Shown piece by piece: positions 63,653-64,000 of a stretch of DNA of 64,000 nt (positions are counted from its first letter, which is position 1; each line of letters opens with the position of its first letter). The translations under genes were made by a program, and so were the position numbers. The DNA comes from Octopus vulgaris (taxonomy: Eukaryota): contig OX597824.1 in assembly GCA_951406725.2 (NCBI GenBank), positions 67,084,001-67,148,000 on the forward strand, given 5' to 3'. The notes under the pieces were generated by a model. That model worked only from the letters and a program-made list of their open reading frames with translations. It was not told the DNA's origin and searched no databases.

Positions 63653-64000
63653 ACAGCAAAATAGATAAATTCAGTTTTGTTTCCACAGAAAGTTCTGAAC
63701 CACAATTTTTTGCTAAACTCACCAAAGGGTTTTGGGGTGGAGCTAGCAAAATTTTAAAGAAGGGTGGCTGGCAAATTTTTCATTCAATTTCTAATTAGAT
63801 TTCTTTTCAACCTGACACTAATGAGAACCCTTACTTTCCATTTGTGTTTTTCTTCAAATCTGATTGTTAAATTGCTTTTTCTTTATTTATTCTCTTTGTC
63901 TTTTTCTTGTTTTTTTTGTTTTTTTTTTGAGAAAGCAAATGAAAACAATTGTAGCAATGGTAGCAGCGATGATGGTGGTGGTGAGGATAATGATGGCGGT

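Overview
This is AT-rich, repeat-saturated animal genomic DNA, most likely an octopus or other coleoid cephalopod; that call is inferred from the SINE/LINE families and microsatellite load, not from a database search. Most six-frame ORFs are microsatellite or repeat artefacts. Autonomous and coding-derived elements: one apparently intact RTE-clade LINE (1055-aa APE+RT ORF with an embedded PHD-like finger), a 5'-truncated RTE with a ~2.5 kb tandemly expanded 3' UTR, many RTE 3' ends and two bipartite non-autonomous RTE derivatives, a CR1-type LINE, an R4/Dong 3' end, a Penelope-like GIY-YIG remnant, a solo LTR, and pogo, mariner and Tc1-like transposase relics. Short elements: piggyBac, pogo, mariner and hAT MITEs, a small Helitron, many tRNA-derived SINEs and a decayed intron-bearing tRNA-Lys. 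A CpG-rich zone (~17-22 kb) appears to separate two divergent genes made of very small phase-compatible exons; neither can be named. The most notable signal is a set of at least five different minimal type-I hammerhead ribozyme motifs. One sits in a structured, non-coding ~361-nt monomer arranged as a partial tandem plus a perfect 189-bp inverted repeat (57.9-58.6 kb), a candidate cephalopod retrozyme / circRNA-forming element.
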